Below the pieces are notes generated by a model that saw only the letters and a program-made list of their open reading frames with translations, made no database searches and had not been told where the DNA came from. The position numbers and the translations under genes were made by a program. This document shows, one piece after another, positions 37,731-47,235 of a DNA stretch of 64,000 bases. Position 1 is the first letter of the stretch. The number at the start of each line of letters is the position of its first letter. Location: the UHGV virus genome UHGV-0218015; one strand, written 5' to 3'. This stretch comes from a virus.

Positions 37731-38483
37731 TTTTTTGTTTGCCTTAAGCGCTTTTAAGCGTTCGGCAGTAACGTTCAGGCATTCGATTAATTCGTTAACC
37801 TGTTTCATGAACAAACCAAACAGCTCCACCCAATCGGAAGCAAAATCTAACATCATCGTCAGTTCTTTTGCTACATTCGGATGAATGTTTTGTTCGGACA
37901 AGATTTCTGACGTAGTGCGAATAGACTCGATTGACTTGTCGATATTCGTCCGTAGACGTTTTGTGATTTCAACGTTCAGTGCCTTAGCGCGATTGAACGC
38001 AACATCAATTTCGGACGCGCTGTGATACGTCTTCTCAATTGGTCGCTGGTCAATAACGTTGTTAGTGTACGATTTCGCTAACAAGTTAACCAGATCTTTC
38101 GGGTTAACGTTACGTAAAGGTATATTAACATTTTTGTAACGGAAACCAATCGGTAATGACAGTACACCCACATCATGTGTAAGGGCCGAAAGTTGTTTAT
38201 CGACCGGCAACAGAATACCCGTATAAATGTTTTGCAGTGAACTCCATACGGATTCTAAGCGGTTCAAATGATCCATCACGTAGGTATTAAACCCAGGTGG
38301 AACGATAACCAACATTCCCGCAAAGTGAAGGAATTTTTCTTGTTGCATCCACTTGGAAACGTCCGACATCTCGTCATAAGTGGTTAATGCAATCTCTTGT
38401 TGAGGGCCACTAAAGCCTTTCGGTAAGATTGCAGACGCTTTAGCGGCGAAGCTAGATAACGCTGCAAGTGGATTTACATTCAT
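37728..38483 (-). CDS. hypothetical protein (251 aa)
   Basis: Isolated minus-strand ORF bounded by a terminator and an intergenic region. Confidence 0.5.
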   Translation of the reverse strand: MNVNPLAALSSFAAKASAILPKGFSGPQQEIALTTYDEMSDVSKWMQQEKFLHFAGMLVIVPPGFNTYVMDHLNRLESVWSSLQNIYTGILLPVDKQLSALTHDVGVLSLPIGFRYKNVNIPLRNVNPKDLVNLLAKSYTNNVIDQRPIEKTYHSASEIDVAFNRAKALNVEITKRLRTNIDKSIESIRTTSEILSEQNIHPNVAKELTMMLDFASDWVELFGLFMKQVNELIECLNVTAERLKALKANKK

Positions 38484-38581
38484 TCTAAAACCTCGGATTA
38501 TAAGTCAGGGTTACATAGTAAAGTCTTTTTACAGTTCACCCAAACCTTATGACCGAGACAATTCCATAAAGGTAAAGCTCG

Positions 38582-38881
38582 ATGAAAATCAAATTACTGA
38601 CTCGAAACACCACACCGCGTTTAGAACCGGAAATTTATCTGAGCCCTGTTAAAAAAGGTCAGAACGGTAAGCCTATTCAAGTTGGAAAAGTCTTGAGCGT
38701 AACGTCGTGCCCGAGCGGTAAACGTGTTATGGAACTGGAAATTGACGAGCGTAACAAACGCCGTTTCGAGTCTATTGAAAACCCTTATCCTGAAAATGCG
38801 GAAGAAGTTACTGAGTGGGTAGAGACCTACTTTGAATTCTGGCACAACCGCCGTCTTCTTCTTCCGACCAAGAATCGTTAA
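38582..38881 (+). CDS. hypothetical protein (99 aa)
   Basis: Complete ORF. Confidence 0.45.
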   Translation: MKIKLLTRNTTPRLEPEIYLSPVKKGQNGKPIQVGKVLSVTSCPSGKRVMELEIDERNKRRFESIENPYPENAEEVTEWVETYFEFWHNRRLLLPTKNR

Positions 38882-38896
38882 TTATCGGAGCGCTAA

Positions 38897-40393
38897 ATGG
38901 CAGGCCCAACTAAGCAAGTTATCGGTGAAGTAATTCGTCCACGTTTTAACGTTTACACCATCATGGATCATGCCTTAGGTAACTACGAAAAAGGTGAAGA
39001 TGGTTTGTACTACCTTAACGGTGGTTTTGCCCACATCATGGGTTTCGCAGGTCGCGGTAACACCTTTAAATCTACCTTGTTAGATTTCTGTATCTTCCAA
39101 ATCCTGCAACGTTATAAAGCAGAGTGGGGTTCTAAGTACGATACAGAAGTGTCCGCCGCCCTCGATCGTTTAGAAACTGGGTACATCTCTGCCATGAACG
39201 CCAACGGTATCGACGACGGAACGTCCGTATTGGAACTCATCCACGAAGGTCGTTATAACCTGGTCGGTTCTGATGTAATGCCTGGGGAACAGTATTACAG
39301 TGATTATATTCGTGATGAAGTTGAAAAACGCTTCAAGCAGTATATGTCTGGTAAAACCCGCGTAACGCCGTTCCCCGATCCGGTTCGTCGTAAGTTAAAA
39401 GAAATCCTGGACCCCTGGCTCTATTCTATCGACTCTTTGTCAGAGTGGCATTCCAGTTCGCTGGAAGACAAACACGCAAAAACGGATATCGGTGATTCTG
39501 ATCAGAACATCCTGAACGCCCACGATGCACTGCAAAAATCGAACATGATGAGCCGCTGGCCGTCTGCGTTTGCACGCGGTGGTTTCTATATGGGTTTCGT
39601 GGCACAGATGGCCGATGACTCTGGGAAAGCGATGGCAGGTGGTCGTCAGGCACAAAAAGCAAATGCGAAAATTCTTGACGATGCCAACGACGATTTAAAA
39701 TTCGCAGGTATTCCTCGCCGTCAGCTTAGCTTTTTAACAAACTCTTTTATCGTCGCGACGAAATCAGGGGAGTTGAAGAAAGACCAGAGCTATAACGCAC
39801 AGACCGGTGTTAACGAAGAACTTTATCCGACGTCACGTTCTAAAGCGATGAATGCTTCGGTAAACGACTTGAAGATTATCACCTTTACTCAGTATCGTGC
39901 GAAGGGTGGTCACACCGGTGTGAAATTCCAGATGATCTTCTCTCAGGAAATGGGTCTGTTATATCACCTGAGCCTGTGGCACTATTTAAGTGACACGCTG
40001 AAGAAATCAGACTTTGGTTTTACGTCAAGCGGAAGCGGCGGCTCCATCAAAGAACTGGACATTTTACCTGGTGTGAAATTCCAACGCACGACAATCCGTG
40101 ATATGATTTCTGATAACGCACGCTTACGTCGCGCTTTAGAAATCACGGCGGCAATCGCGTATATGCAAAACAACTACCACCGTCTTGAAATGAAGTATCA
40201 TCTCAGCATGGGTGAGATTTACAAACTGATTGACGAGAAGTGGGACTGGAATGAAATTCTGGATAACACGGTAGAATACTGGATGTTTAAAGACCAGGAA
40301 ACCAAAGGTGGTAAACGTACACTGACTGCACGTACTATTCTGGGTATGGCTGTCGATGGACTAGAACCGAAGTTCCTGACGAAAAAGAAATAA
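38897..40393 (+). CDS. hypothetical protein (498 aa) with P-loop-like GFAGRGNTFKST segment
   Basis: Glycine-rich loop followed by FKST loosely recalls UvsX/RecA-type P-loops, but no clear Walker B was found; function not assigned. Confidence 0.45.
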   Translation: MAGPTKQVIGEVIRPRFNVYTIMDHALGNYEKGEDGLYYLNGGFAHIMGFAGRGNTFKSTLLDFCIFQILQRYKAEWGSKYDTEVSAALDRLETGYISAMNANGIDDGTSVLELIHEGRYNLVGSDVMPGEQYYSDYIRDEVEKRFKQYMSGKTRVTPFPDPVRRKLKEILDPWLYSIDSLSEWHSSSLEDKHAKTDIGDSDQNILNAHDALQKSNMMSRWPSAFARGGFYMGFVAQMADDSGKAMAGGRQAQKANAKILDDANDDLKFAGIPRRQLSFLTNSFIVATKSGELKKDQSYNAQTGVNEELYPTSRSKAMNASVNDLKIITFTQYRAKGGHTGVKFQMIFSQEMGLLYHLSLWHYLSDTLKKSDFGFTSSGSGGSIKELDILPGVKFQRTTIRDMISDNARLRRALEITAAIAYMQNNYHRLEMKYHLSMGEIYKLIDEKWDWNEILDNTVEYWMFKDQETKGGKRTLTARTILGMAVDGLEPKFLTKKK

Positions 40394-40437
40394 ATAGGAT
40401 CGGGTAGGGTAAACCCTACCCGACCTAAGGAGTCATC

Positions 40438-40737
40438 ATGCGTTATCAAACGGAGATTGTGGAACGCTTAAGTGAAGGATTGGCAAGTGTTAATTTAGAA
40501 ACAGCGGCCGAATTTCGTGAAGCCTTCACTCTTCCGTTTCCCGATCTGGAATCCTTTTGTTTAAAGGTCGCTGAGTATTACTCGAATCTATTAGTACGTT
40601 ACGGGTATGCGCCAGTACGTTCCGAACTTCCTGAAAACACGGAAGCTATCAGCTACTGGATTGACCTGCTTGAAGCAGAAACGTTATCCAATTTACGTAA
40701 GGCGGTAGACAATGAAACTCGAACCAGCGCGGCGTAA
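40438..40737 (+). CDS. hypothetical protein (99 aa)
   Basis: ORF with AGGAG RBS, preceded by the stem-loop CGGGTAGGGTAAACCCTACCCG. Confidence 0.45.
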   Translation: MRYQTEIVERLSEGLASVNLETAAEFREAFTLPFPDLESFCLKVAEYYSNLLVRYGYAPVRSELPENTEAISYWIDLLEAETLSNLRKAVDNETRTSAA

Positions 40738-41380
40738 AAAGGCGGAAGCCTACGCCTTACAAATCTTAAAGTTGGTAGACCCTTCTGGCATTAATGCCGA
40801 AGCCGCGAAGAAAGCCTTCGCACGAATGACCGACGAACAGTTTAACCGACTTCGTAACGGTTTACCTATTTACAACCCGGTGGGAAGTAAAGTCGAAATT
40901 GACCACCTGCGCAATATCGAGGTGTGCAAAATCCTAGGGGTAAACCTGGAGCAACGGTTGTGGCTAACAGAACCAAAAACAGGTGTTTATCACCGTACTC
41001 GTTACCCTCACTTGGTCTTACGCTTGCCTGTCCGTCGTCAGACGCAGATGCAAGAGAAGAAAATGGCGGTTGCGAAGAACGACAAAGTTCGCGATAAACT
41101 CTCCGGTCAAGTTGTCGGTCCTTCCAAAGCATCCGGGGTCTCCTTCCCAGAAGCATACATCATGTATTCCGATGGTCACGACTGGACACTGAAAGAGTTC
41201 TTGTGGGCGCGTGGTGGTAACGACGCACTACAACGTGCTTTCTATCAGTCGCTGCGCCAAACCGGTAAAGGACGTATCGATTTGCCTGGAGCTGAGCGAA
41301 CGAGTTCTAAAGCAACACGGACGTGGTCAGCGTACCTCAAAGCGATGCATATCGGTAACAACATAGGCCATCCGTCATGA
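40712..41380 (+). CDS. hypothetical protein (222 aa)
   Basis: Complete ORF overlapping the previous gene by 26 nt. Confidence 0.5.
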   Translation: MKLEPARRKKAEAYALQILKLVDPSGINAEAAKKAFARMTDEQFNRLRNGLPIYNPVGSKVEIDHLRNIEVCKILGVNLEQRLWLTEPKTGVYHRTRYPHLVLRLPVRRQTQMQEKKMAVAKNDKVRDKLSGQVVGPSKASGVSFPEAYIMYSDGHDWTLKEFLWARGGNDALQRAFYQSLRQTGKGRIDLPGAERTSSKATRTWSAYLKAMHIGNNIGHPS

Positions 41381-42099
41381 GATTATCTCGACGTTTCTTA
41401 ATCGATATTGATACGTTATTTGATACGCGTTTAGGTTGGGTAAAAGCCATTAAGCCTGAAAGCTTAGCCTTACTAGACTACGATGTTTATCGGCGTCGCT
41501 ATACAGAAGCATGGGCGGGTGTACTCGGGTTTGAAAAATGGGATGAAGAGTGGCGGAAGCGGGATAAGCGCGCTTTGATTAATGCGCAGCCTACTGAATT
41601 ATTGGCAACGATGAAAAACGAATTCGAGTGTATGATGCTTGAAATCGAAATGCATTCGCCAATTGAAAAACCTACTCTGACCATCAATACATGGCCTTAT
41701 ACGGATTTAACAGGCGAAGAACTTCAAGCCTTTTTGAATCTGTTTCGGATGTATTACAATAACGTACAAGTCGAATTGGTGTCTTGGTCGTTAGAAGACC
41801 TCACACCGGGGAGATTATCATTGGCGTGGGATTGCTGGATAATGTACGATTGGTTCGAGTGGATTAAGCTTAACGCTTCGCACTTGAAAAAACCGATTCC
41901 AAGCTTTACCATCACACACCCTGCCATGCTCACACCAGAATTGACCGGCGTGTTGGTTGAACAAATCAAACAAGACGGCGTTAACCCGTTTAAGGAACAT
42001 ATCCGGTTTATGGCAGAGTGGGTCGGTGTCGACCCACGGGATGCTGCTTTATTTAGTCTTGCTCGTCCTGTTCAGGACGTGCAAACGCCGCCATCATAA
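41377..42099 (+). CDS. hypothetical protein (240 aa)
   Basis: Complete ORF; start overlaps the previous stop. Confidence 0.5.
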   Translation: MRLSRRFLIDIDTLFDTRLGWVKAIKPESLALLDYDVYRRRYTEAWAGVLGFEKWDEEWRKRDKRALINAQPTELLATMKNEFECMMLEIEMHSPIEKPTLTINTWPYTDLTGEELQAFLNLFRMYYNNVQVELVSWSLEDLTPGRLSLAWDCWIMYDWFEWIKLNASHLKKPIPSFTITHPAMLTPELTGVLVEQIKQDGVNPFKEHIRFMAEWVGVDPRDAALFSLARPVQDVQTPPS

Positions 42100-42517
42100 T
42101 GGACTTAACATCGATTTGTTCACCTACTGGTGCCAGCTCCCCTTCTGTTACCTCAACATTGGGAATAGCAGGAACGGGGGGCTGGTAGCCCTGGGTTTCT
42201 TCGATTTCCTCATCATGACGTCGTATTTTGATATTACCACGTTGCATGAGGATGCTATTAAGTGCATTCGCCAAATCTTGGTTAGCTTCGCTGTTTTTCT
42301 GTGCAGCGGCGACACGACGTTTGGAAATGATTTGTTTATCAACGTCGTTAAGCAAAGACCCTAGACGGTCTACCGTTTTCAAGTCTTTGTGTGCTTGTGG
42401 ATCGTCTAAGATGAGGTTCACAATCCGTACACGGGCTTGTTGCGTTTGGCGGAGAAGCGATTCTTCGTCGTCCACATCTCCATCAAACGCCTGATATTTC
42501 ACTTCTTCGTCAGCCAT
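42053..42517 (-). CDS. hypothetical acidic protein (154 aa)
   Basis: Minus-strand ORF with Asp/Glu-rich termini; its 3' end overlaps the 3' end of 41377..42099 by about 47 nt. Confidence 0.45.
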   Translation of the reverse strand: MADEEVKYQAFDGDVDDEESLLRQTQQARVRIVNLILDDPQAHKDLKTVDRLGSLLNDVDKQIISKRRVAAAQKNSEANQDLANALNSILMQRGNIKIRRHDEEIEETQGYQPPVPAIPNVEVTEGELAPVGEQIDVKSIMMAAFARPEQDEQD

Positions 42518-42550
42518 TCTTACTACCTCAATTTCAAAAAGAAGTCAGAC

Positions 42551-42570
42551 AGATATTATCTACGTGAGAC
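42551..42570 (+). promoter_or_regulatory. promoter-like motif variant AGATATTATCTACGTGAGAC
   Basis: Resembles the motif at 33434-33453; about 19 nt upstream of the ATG at 42589. Confidence 0.3.
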
Positions 42571-42588
42571 ATTCTTTAGGAGTGAATT

Positions 42589-43137
42589 ATGTTAACAGGA
42601 ATAATAACTCGTTTTAAACAACGGTTAGAGAATAACCGTTTAAAAGCCCTCAGAGAGTCTTTGAAGCAGGAGTTCCATAAGAACACCCACAACCCCTATG
42701 TCAGAGTCTTTACCGGCTTACAATTGCTTACATTGCCTTTAAACATAAATGAAGAACCCTTTCGCCCCAGCCTTCGCGGTTTCCTCGAATTGCGCGTTAA
42801 TAACATTGACATTCTTTATCAACGTTTAGCATTTCTCATTAACGAATACCAACGAGCAATTAACAGGAGTTCAATTGAATGGCTACCATTGCCCGATGCT
42901 TTAAATAAACGAAACGACTTGGCAGAATACCGATGGCTAGACACTTATTTTGGGACGTCCAGTCCTGAGGTTGCCGCTTATAAATTGGGTAAATTACTCG
43001 CGCTAATTCAACCTTATGAATCGACGTTCCTTAAACCGGAGTCCGACGAAGACAAAGCGTTGGTAAACCAAACAGCGCATTTATTCCGGGAGTTGGAAAC
43101 ACTGATCGAACACTACCTTTTAGAACGCCCTATTTAA
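42589..43137 (+). CDS. hypothetical protein (182 aa)
   Basis: Complete ORF with AGGAG RBS. Confidence 0.5.
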   Translation: MLTGIITRFKQRLENNRLKALRESLKQEFHKNTHNPYVRVFTGLQLLTLPLNINEEPFRPSLRGFLELRVNNIDILYQRLAFLINEYQRAINRSSIEWLPLPDALNKRNDLAEYRWLDTYFGTSSPEVAAYKLGKLLALIQPYESTFLKPESDEDKALVNQTAHLFRELETLIEHYLLERPI

Positions 43138-43167
43138 CAAACCAGTAACCCCTTGTAACAAGGTGAT

Positions 43168-44013
43168 GTGATGGATAGCAAAAAAGTAAGTGTGGTCGTG
43201 GACGCTGAAGACGAACGTGCTGGCGGACCACTTCAAACGCTTTATTGGAATTATAAAGAATTGATCGGATGGAAGCCTTCGGATTACAAACTCGCCGTCG
43301 CCAAACATATTCTGTCTCCAGAATTTAAAACACGTTCAAAAGCAACGATGGACGATCGAATACAACGTATCTCCACGAAGCTGAGTTCAGGTAACATCCC
43401 TGCACTACCTGTCGATCTTACCTGGCGAGGTTTTACAGAAGGGTTGGTGATTACCGGAGTGGAAACACTGCGGATTTGTGTAACCACTTACCGAGGACAC
43501 TTCAAAACAAAAACCGTATCTGAAGTTACCACACGCGTGCGTGAAGATCTCGCTCGGGATTTGTTCGAAGATAACGACGAACGACCTAAGGAGTCTGCAA
43601 CGGCGCAACTGAACCGTTATTTCCAGAACTGTGGTGAGACCGCAAAGATGATGGTACATCCGTTATCTCGGTTAACTTGGACTATCTTCGCAAACATGAA
43701 AATGAATGCGGATTGGTGGTACCGTCTTTCCACAAACTTCGTTAACGATCCCGCTAACTGTGAGCAGACGCCGTCGAAACGAAATGATTTGCGGCACAAT
43801 ATGCAGCACAATCTAAGGTTAAAAAAGAAGTTTTCCTGGAAATGGTTTATGAGGGTACTCAAGGCAATTGATGTTCGTAGTTTCGAAATCCTTTTGACCT
43901 TAAGGCGTCAGAAAGACAATAAGATCTACGAAGTTCAGGTCACGGTAAACCTTGACGAATACCAAATTGGAGACCAGAATGAAAATCGACCAAATAACCA
44001 GTCAGATAAATAA
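43168..44013 (+). CDS. hypothetical protein (281 aa)
   Basis: Complete ORF. Confidence 0.5.
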   Translation: MMDSKKVSVVVDAEDERAGGPLQTLYWNYKELIGWKPSDYKLAVAKHILSPEFKTRSKATMDDRIQRISTKLSSGNIPALPVDLTWRGFTEGLVITGVETLRICVTTYRGHFKTKTVSEVTTRVREDLARDLFEDNDERPKESATAQLNRYFQNCGETAKMMVHPLSRLTWTIFANMKMNADWWYRLSTNFVNDPANCEQTPSKRNDLRHNMQHNLRLKKKFSWKWFMRVLKAIDVRSFEILLTLRRQKDNKIYEVQVTVNLDEYQIGDQNENRPNNQSDK

Positions 44014-45253
44014 AGGTCAGTCGGCAATCGATAATTCCGTTAATACGGCAAAGAGCGCCACAAACCGCGTACAAACAACAGTGGAAAATGCGGAGCGTGG
44101 TATTAAGAACACGGTCGATAGCGTCAGCCGACTATCAGACCGCGCTGGTGAAACTTTCAACAAACTCATTAGCGGCGGCAACGAGCTGACCAGCAAAATT
44201 GGTAACCTTTTTGGCGGTAGCGATACCGCCAGTGTTGGGGGAACTAAGACTGCGGGGAGTTCAGCCTCCGGGGTGTCGCCAGGACAAAAGGTTCCCGGTT
44301 TTGCATCTAATACCAAAGAAACGCTTCCTGTCCTCGACCCACAAAAGCGTGACGTTTCTGAACCCTTTAAGAAAAAGGATGAAGATGGCCTAAAAGCACT
44401 AGACTACCTAAGTCCAGGTGGGATGGGGAAGCTGTTAGGTAAAGGGTGGGATAGTATCGGCAGCTTAACCGACTCCGTTTTATCCGGTATCGGTACTGAC
44501 TTTAACTCGGTGAAAAAACGTCTCGAAGGGACGATGAACATTGCTGGGCAATTGGCTAAACTCCCCTCGGAAGTTAGTCAAGAAGTCAACGGGTTTATGT
44601 CCGAAGTCAACAGTATGCGTTATCAAATCACCTCGATCGTTGATGACGTACAACATACTTTCGACAGCTACAAAGACTTAGACGACTTCTTAGCCATCGA
44701 TAACCTGATTAACAGCTTTAAAGGCAGCGACAGTTTCTCCACGTTAGACATTAATACCTCTTCAGCACTGATTTATGGCCTATCTACCAAACTGAACAGT
44801 TATGGTTTACCGGCTAAAATCGAACCGATGCTTCAAGCGATTACCGACACACAAGCAAAAGAGGTACTGTACGGCGAGTTGATGATTCAGGCGGCAGCGA
44901 CAGGTAATCTGGATTCAACGGAATACTATCTGGATAAACTCCAACCAGGACAAGGAACCCAGATCGCAACCACCGTTATCCAAAACCTCATGGCTAACCT
45001 TCGGGTTGAACCTGGTGTCAGTTTCAAAACGTATGGTACTCGCCTATTAACGCTATTTAAAGGATTAGATGCAAAGTGGGACAAAGCGAAGAACATCACG
45101 CCGGAGATGACTGAACTTAAACTTTACACCTACGCGGGCGTAAATGCGATTCAGGCACTACTGACCACTGAGAAACGTAATTACGTGATTGCTGCAGGCA
45201 GTGTAAGTTACCAGTCTACCGATAAAATCGTGGAAGACTATTTTGCAATTTAA
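43979..45253 (+). CDS. hypothetical Gly/Ser-rich coiled-coil protein (about 424 aa), possibly virion-associated
   Basis: ATG at 43979 with GGAG RBS (track ORF begins at 43952); low-complexity Gly/Ser/Thr segments. Confidence 0.5.
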   Translation: MKIDQITSQINKGQSAIDNSVNTAKSATNRVQTTVENAERGIKNTVDSVSRLSDRAGETFNKLISGGNELTSKIGNLFGGSDTASVGGTKTAGSSASGVSPGQKVPGFASNTKETLPVLDPQKRDVSEPFKKKDEDGLKALDYLSPGGMGKLLGKGWDSIGSLTDSVLSGIGTDFNSVKKRLEGTMNIAGQLAKLPSEVSQEVNGFMSEVNSMRYQITSIVDDVQHTFDSYKDLDDFLAIDNLINSFKGSDSFSTLDINTSSALIYGLSTKLNSYGLPAKIEPMLQAITDTQAKEVLYGELMIQAAATGNLDSTEYYLDKLQPGQGTQIATTVIQNLMANLRVEPGVSFKTYGTRLLTLFKGLDAKWDKAKNITPEMTELKLYTYAGVNAIQALLTTEKRNYVIAAGSVSYQSTDKIVEDYFAI

Positions 45254-45263
45254 GAGGCCGGTT

Positions 45264-46085
45264 ATGACCGAACCACAATTACTGCGTTCCGTATTAAAGA
45301 AGATCAAAAGTCAGAGCGAAGACAATCAAGCATTGGCTTTAACGCTGGGTTATCAACCTGGCCGAAATAATCCTAATACATACGTTAACGCGTCAAACAT
45401 TGTGCTTACTCCTGATGAGCGCTTTGTTTATGTCCTATACCTTCGTCGTTTAGGCTACGTTTGTGCGTTACCCGAAAAACTCCCTTTTACCGACGGTATC
45501 AACCACCTTAACCTTTACTCTAACGGTCGTACTACCGTAGGGAAAATGATCAGTAACTTCTACGCGCAACCTAACGGTGCTAAATTCGACACAATTCACG
45601 GTCAGTTTTTAACGTTGGAAGGTTACTATCATTATTTAAGGATCGTAGACTATCTGTTCTACAAGGGCTACGGAATAAACGCGTTGGGTCGTTTGGAAAC
45701 TGAATATCCAGACATTCGTTTATTACGAACCCTGACTGGGGCTGAATGTATACAACACGGTCGGCGATTAAAGGCGAGTATCTACGGGGGCACGGATTAT
45801 CGACCTGGCGAGTTTAGCAATTACGCGAACGGTGCATTTCAAAACGCATTGCTGCGTAAGCTCCGACTCTTGAAGTTTGACGGGAGTTGCTTAGGTAATG
45901 TGTTATCGTACTGCCATTCGATGGGACTACCGTTCTTGCATTACTACGTTATGAACGGTCGGGTTATTACACCACCTCATTCAGAATGGCTTCCTAATCT
46001 GGTGGTTTCTATTGTAGAAAACATCGACTTTAACGACACAACGTTCGACATTACGAGCGTCAGTGAAAGTATGGGATTAATCTAA
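45264..46085 (+). CDS. hypothetical protein (about 273 aa)
   Basis: ATG at 45264 with AAGAGG RBS (track ORF begins at a TTG at 45243). Confidence 0.5.
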   Translation: MTEPQLLRSVLKKIKSQSEDNQALALTLGYQPGRNNPNTYVNASNIVLTPDERFVYVLYLRRLGYVCALPEKLPFTDGINHLNLYSNGRTTVGKMISNFYAQPNGAKFDTIHGQFLTLEGYYHYLRIVDYLFYKGYGINALGRLETEYPDIRLLRTLTGAECIQHGRRLKASIYGGTDYRPGEFSNYANGAFQNALLRKLRLLKFDGSCLGNVLSYCHSMGLPFLHYYVMNGRVITPPHSEWLPNLVVSIVENIDFNDTTFDITSVSESMGLI

Positions 46086-46744
46086 TGGGATTATTCGATA
46101 CCCTTGCGCAATTGGAAAAAGCGCAGGAAGAAGAGGTTATTCGCGTTGCAGGCGAATCCATTAAACGTGAAGTGGAAAAGGAATATTGCGTTTGGGTAAA
46201 ACCCACGCAAGCGGGATGGGATTGGCTACACGCACAGTCCACTAAGATGTTCATGGACATTCTCATGCCGGTAGAAGGTGGGCGTCGTCGTATCCGTATT
46301 AAAGAAGACGGTACAGCACAGCTAACGCTTAAGCGTAAATTCCTGGACGGAAAGGTTGAAGAGAATTCGGATATCGGTATTAGTTCTGCACTCTCTTTTT
46401 ACAAGGACGGTTATTTGGCTCACCTGGTGAAACGTATCCACTTAGAACCGGGCGAATTAGCCGATAAAGGCGCTAAGCATTGGGATATTGATATTTTCAC
46501 TATCACCACCGGACACCCTGCAATTGAAGTTTCGGCTGACTTTAACGATCTCCTCACCGAGATGCGTAGTAGTACCAGCGTCGGTGACTGGGTGAAAGTT
46601 GAACTGGAAGTCGAGCGGTACGAGATTGCGGATGTGCTGTCTGTAATTCCGTTTGAGTTTGACGGCCATATTCCTGCTACACCGAAAGACCCAGAAGACC
46701 AAGAATACCTTCGTGACTATTGGGATTCTGTTACTCGTGTTTAA
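46085..46744 (+). CDS. hypothetical protein, possible CYTH/triphosphate-tunnel-like fold
   Basis: Alternating charged beta-strand-like motifs REVEKEY, RIRIKEDGTAQLTLKRK and VKVELEVERYE resemble CYTH signatures (ExExK, RxR...LTxK, ExExE); the N-terminal match is imperfect. Confidence 0.3.
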   Translation: MGLFDTLAQLEKAQEEEVIRVAGESIKREVEKEYCVWVKPTQAGWDWLHAQSTKMFMDILMPVEGGRRRIRIKEDGTAQLTLKRKFLDGKVEENSDIGISSALSFYKDGYLAHLVKRIHLEPGELADKGAKHWDIDIFTITTGHPAIEVSADFNDLLTEMRSSTSVGDWVKVELEVERYEIADVLSVIPFEFDGHIPATPKDPEDQEYLRDYWDSVTRV

Positions 46745-46748
46745 TACT

Positions 46749-46780
46749 TGCCCTACTCCTTCATAGGAGTAGGGTATTTT
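46749..46780 (+). terminator. rho-independent terminator (CCCTACTCC hairpin family)
   Basis: GCCCTACTCCTTCATAGGAGTAGGG followed by TATTTTCATTTTT. Confidence 0.7.
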
Positions 46781-46806
46781 CATTTTTACCCTAAAGGAGA
46801 ATTATC

Positions 46807-47175
46807 ATGCAAGCTCAGTTTTTTAGTACACCCAAAGGTTTCGGTTTTAAATTCCCTGAATTTGTTTTACCAAAACAAGTTATTGAAGTACCCTTTCCCA
46901 GTTATGTGCGATTAGGACTACGCACCGTACTTGCCAACTTTTCGGGAAAGACTGTGGAAATTCGTGTGTGGGAAGGTTCGGGAAGTCCTGGTGGTGTTAT
47001 GTTTGTTGATTACAATTGGATTAAAAGAACAGGTTTTCCGCTTGTACGAATAGTTGAGGCTGCTCGTGGATTACCCTTCCACGCTCTACTGGGAGATATA
47101 ACGTTACCTGAAGCTGGCGATTATTCTTCTCCTGCTGATGACGAATACCAAATTCATCTTGTTTTGTTGAAATGA
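46807..47175 (+). CDS. hypothetical protein (122 aa)
   Basis: ORF with CTAAAGGAG RBS. Confidence 0.5.
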   Translation: MQAQFFSTPKGFGFKFPEFVLPKQVIEVPFPSYVRLGLRTVLANFSGKTVEIRVWEGSGSPGGVMFVDYNWIKRTGFPLVRIVEAARGLPFHALLGDITLPEAGDYSSPADDEYQIHLVLLK

Positions 47176-47235
47176 TTTTTACAGTTGGGAACAGACTTAT
47201 GTCTCCCAAGACTGCGTTTAAGCGGAGAAACAATT

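Noticed and set aside
26791-46780. Repeated CCCTACTCC hairpins as miniature mobile elements or a CRISPR-like array
   Set aside because: Copies are single, widely spaced, always intergenic and followed by T-runs, with no regular repeat-spacer periodicity or terminal inverted repeats; they behave as terminators.
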